Assembly: GCA_044892525.1 (NCBI GenBank)
Contig: CM097887.1
Coordinates: 50,406,001-50,470,000 of the forward strand
Direction: 5' to 3'
Length of the DNA: 64,000 nucleotides
From: Schmidtea polychroa
Taxonomy: Eukaryota
Shown: piece after piece, positions 60,099 through 64,000 of the stretch
Numbering within the stretch: position 1 is the first letter of the stretch
Layout: the number at the start of each line of letters is the position of its first letter
Position numbers and translations under genes: made by a program
The notes under the pieces: model-generated
The model's database searches: none
Seen by the model: the letters and a program-made list of their open reading frames with translations, nothing else
Told to the model about the DNA's origin: nothing

Positions 60099-61052
60099 TG
60101 TTGGGGTTCAACAAGAGAGGTACAAAAATGAGGTGAAAATCAATAAAATCACCAAATTCACAATAATAATTTAAAGTACAAAATATTAATTTATAAAAAT
60201 CAAAAAATTTTCTGAGGGAAACTGGTATGGGCGGATACGGAATAATGAGACAAGTTCAACTATAATAGTTAAATCCATCTTTAAATCCATCTTTAAATTT
60301 AGTAAATTCAGTAAAAGTCTTGAAACCGACAATATATATATTTGATCAAAAGGATTTATAAAATAATAAGTTTTTAATTTTTTACAAAAACCGCCACTCC
60401 AATTATTAAAACAACCAGATATCTAACTATAATAAAATAAAATCAATGGTGGGTCCCTAGAAGGAATAAATTACAAAAAACAAAAATTAATTAACTAATG
60501 GAGAACCTGAGCTAATGGGAAACCCGAGACAATGGAAAACCCAATCGACTTTAGAGAACCTGAATTATCAATCAAATTAGGAAAGGCAATTAAATCAGCC
60601 GAATAAAATTAAATCGGGGCATGCCGTCAAAGCAGACTAGTAAATTCCTCAAAACAATTAGAGTTACAAGAGGAAGCCCGGGAGGAGTTGGATCTAGACT
60701 AATTTGACATAGTAAAATCAATTACAAAATGGGTATAAAAGCGACTTGCAAGAAAACAAAATTGCTAGTTGGTCGAAGAAAAAGAAACGAGAAGTTTAGC
60801 GAGATCGAAGTAATCGAACGTACCAGAAAGGGACATCTCCCGTTGGAAGATTTATCCCTACGTAAGATTTGTAGTTGTATTGAAAAGTGCAGACCAAAAA
60901 AGGGTTGTATCAAGTGTGGTTGAATTAATAAAAAGTTTAACCAAAGTGTAACTGTATTTTAAATAAAGTTTTCTGTGTTGGGTCGTTTATTTATTTTGAA
61001 AAGAACACAAAGAAGTCAAACAGTAATACCGACTTGCACAGAGAACCCAACA
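60099..61052 (+). mobile_element. Solo LTR of a family related to the large Gypsy element
   Basis: TG...CA, 954 bp, 4-bp TSD AAAT. Shares the gagctaatgggaaacccgag repeats and the U5 end (gttgggtcgtt...aaagaacac...accgacttg...acccaaca) with the 1058-bp LTR. TATA at about 60733. Confidence 0.85.
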
Positions 61053-63403
61053 AAATGAATAAATTACTTTATAAAAAAACTTAAGTGATCGGTCAAGCCC
61101 AAGCTACATAACATAAAAAAGTCTTAAGCTTTCTAAATATAATAAAACATCAAATAAAGCAAAAATAACCAAAATAAAATAAATAAATAAGAAATAAAAA
61201 AAATTAATAAAATAAGAAATTCAAGCAGTTACACGCGTAACACATTTTCAACTCATGAAAACACAAAAGAATCGCCGGGAAAAGACACCCTATGGGTAAG
61301 ATTGGTAAAACAGCTGATCGTTCAATCAATCAGGAAAATAAAAAAATCAGAAAAAGTAAATTGAAAAACAAATAATTAAAACAAAAAATAAATTGGACCA
61401 ATTAAATTGATTGGAATTTATATCGAAATTTAAGAAAATATATTGATCAAAAAGGTAGACGTGATCAATCCGTATTGAACCGACTTACAAAATAGTATAT
61501 AAGCCTACGTCTTGGCAGATCACTAATACTATTTTACCAATTTTTAAATTGTTTATTAACTATCAAAAATATTATTATTATCAATTAGATCTATTTACAA
61601 AATTAAAGGAGATCGAAATAACACAATTCCTAAGTGTAATTTTATTGGTATATTTTTATTTATAATTTTCCTTTTATTGTAATTTAGTAATATTCATTTT
61701 TCTTTTCAAATTTCAAATTTATATTGATTGTAAAATGCTCTTTACTGTACTCGTGCAATTTAAACGCCCTCCCGATGTTTTTATAGTTGCAGTATCCGGA
61801 TTGAGAGAAATTTTACGATGTGTTTATTGTTCAAATTTTCGGGCCATTTTGCTAAGTCTACGAATGCATCAGTTTTTTCACTAGAAATCTGTAAAAATTA
61901 AAAATTTATCAGCACCAGTGTCAATAATCAATGGGTTTACCACCAACATTTCGACTGACTCCCAAGTTTGAAGTTTGTGGATGATTTCTGTAGATTCTCG
62001 TAAATCTTTATTGCTTTTATCAGGACCATAAAATCATATCTCTACGGCCTCTGCAGAACAATAATCGAAATTGTTACTGTTGAGTAAAATACCAATGGTG
62101 ATGTTTTGCTCATATGAATGATCAAAACCTTGACGGTTTTCCACATTGTTTTGAGCCTCTTTATTGTTCTCGTTACAATTGGTCGTGAAATTCAGAAATG
62201 ATTTCTGATGTTTTTAGGTCGTTGTCACACCTAAATCTTTTTATTTTCCAATTTGAATTAATTTCTTTTTTGTGGACCTGGACCTTCATTGTTCATGGTG
62301 GGACGGCTAGTATTATTTTATAAATTATTTGAAATTTGTGAATCACAGAAAATCGAATATTCAATTAGAATAGATACCCAGGTACGGATGCATCTAAATA
62401 AAACAAGACTAAATTGATTGCATTTTTATTCGATTAAGTGATTTAAATGCATATTTAAAAAATATTAATAAAATTAATTAAAAGCAAAAAAGTATAGACA
62501 ATTGACGCCGCCTCAAGCAAGAGATTTGAGGATTCTGCATGGATGTTCAGACGGTACTTGTTCGAACCTGTTTGATAGTATTTTTATCTATCGTTCAAAT
62601 TAAGTAGTCTGACATTTACAATTGAGATGATATTCGCTGGACCAGAAATCTCTTAATTAACTCTTATATCACATTTTTCCAACAAAGTAAGACTTTCTAT
62701 TGGCAGTTAGGAACCCGAAACGAGAATGCAATTATGAGTAGTCATGTTAGTTTATTGATTGTCAACCACTGTGTACATAACCGACATGGTTGCTGTCATG
62801 AGTACACGGATGGAAAGGTAAAAGATTGACGCTCAATTTAACCATAGCCCTAGAATTCCTGAATTTTACATCTCCTAAAACGCCAATACCACTAAATGCC
62901 TGTTGTAGACAATGCTGGCACTGCAATTTAGTGGATGAGTCCCATCAGAAGGATGGGTTAAGCCCTGACGCGCCAATTGGTTCAAGGATATACCATAGAA
63001 GTTATAGCGCCCTATATGCTAGTATCCCTATCATTGCCGTATTTCTTTGTCCTAACTCTTGTCATCGATTTTTATCTTAAATTTTCATAATAAGAACTTT
63101 TATTTAAACGAATAAAATTTGAAGTTGAAATTCCACAATCGGTGGTGTCAATCGGAGTACCACCCGATTATACAAACATAATGTATAATAATTTTTTTAA
63201 TATTTACCAAACAATAATTTGTTTTAATTTTCCATCTAGTGGTTTACAGGTAATCAACATCTTTTGCTTTTATGCTGTTTCCAGCATAACCCAAGATACA
63301 AGGAAGGCCTTTCATCAATATCATTACAATTATTAGTATTATTATTTTTTTCAATCTTTCGTCCTCTTTAATGTCTGGGCGCTAAGTAGTAGTATCCCAC
63401 GTT

Positions 63404-63805
63404 ATGGAAACTTCCTCAGGCGAGCAGTCAGAAGCTGAAGATGTGGAAGAAGTGATGTCGGAAGAACAAACCAATCCCCAGTCGTTAATGCAAAAGTTGC
63501 TGAACAAAATTCAATTGAATTTATCGTCTAACATACCTTCCAGCAAAACTCAACAAATAACAAATCGGAGCTTAATTTCAAAAATTAAATCTAAAATGAA
63601 ATTCTTTGAAGAAAACGGCGTTCGTGGCAAAATATTAGAGTCTGTCTACTCATTTTTGATTTTGATTCCGCGATCGAGCGTGGAGTCCGAGCGAGCCTTC
63701 TCAATTGCAAGTAACTTTTGTACAAAAGTTCGATCGAGACTCAGAGACACATCTTTAAGTGATCTCTGCTTCCTTAAAGCATATTTTAGGCAAACACAAG
63801 AATAA
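63404..63805 (+). pseudogene. hAT transposase C-terminal dimerisation-domain fragment
   Basis: SSVESERAFS...TKVRSRL...LCFLKAYF motif; no upstream catalytic domain in frame. Confidence 0.8.
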
Positions 63806-64000
63806 TTTTTTATTTTTTATTATTAAATGATATGCCATATTTGAATGTTTCTGTACTAATTGAATTTTTGTACAATAATTTTATGTTTATATAACATTTT
63901 AAATAATATATTTTTAACTATTATTATATTGTTATGTAATAATTGAATTTGTGTACAATACATTTATGTTTATATTTCATTTTGAATGATATAATTTTAT

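Noticed and set aside
60729-60923. Cys/Lys-rich 64-aa ORF in the solo LTR
   Set aside because: Its ATG overlaps the LTR TATA box, and it shows no similarity to the ORF in the related LTR.
61760-63100. Short open stretches that might be host exons or a hAT N-terminus
   Set aside because: No consistent spliced frame or diagnostic motif was found.

Overview
AT-rich eukaryotic (animal) scaffold with many N gaps. Introns of about 40-55 nt, (AAT)n tracts and the TE spectrum fit a planarian-type flatworm, but that assignment is inference. Three host genes can be rebuilt by hand: the 3' part of EFL1 (+), a CIMIP1/C20orf85-like gene (+), and a 14-exon Munc18/STXBP1-like gene (-) spanning 17761-59234 whose introns are packed with transposons. 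The standout is a recent Ty3/Gypsy LTR element (25928-46088, minus strand; about 16.6 kb once a nested hAT is removed) inside one Munc18 intron. Removing the hAT restores one ~3,100-3,200 aa polyprotein in the order Gag (3 CCHC), two ubiquitin-like modules, a Bcl-2-like domain, signal/TM, a chuvirus-like fusion glycoprotein, protease, RT, RNase H, integrase, a second signal-like segment and an FN3-like tail. Its long 3' region holds a small coiled-coil ORF behind a splice acceptor and what looks like an antisense micro-exon gene. All domain calls come from motif recognition by eye; no database searches were run.
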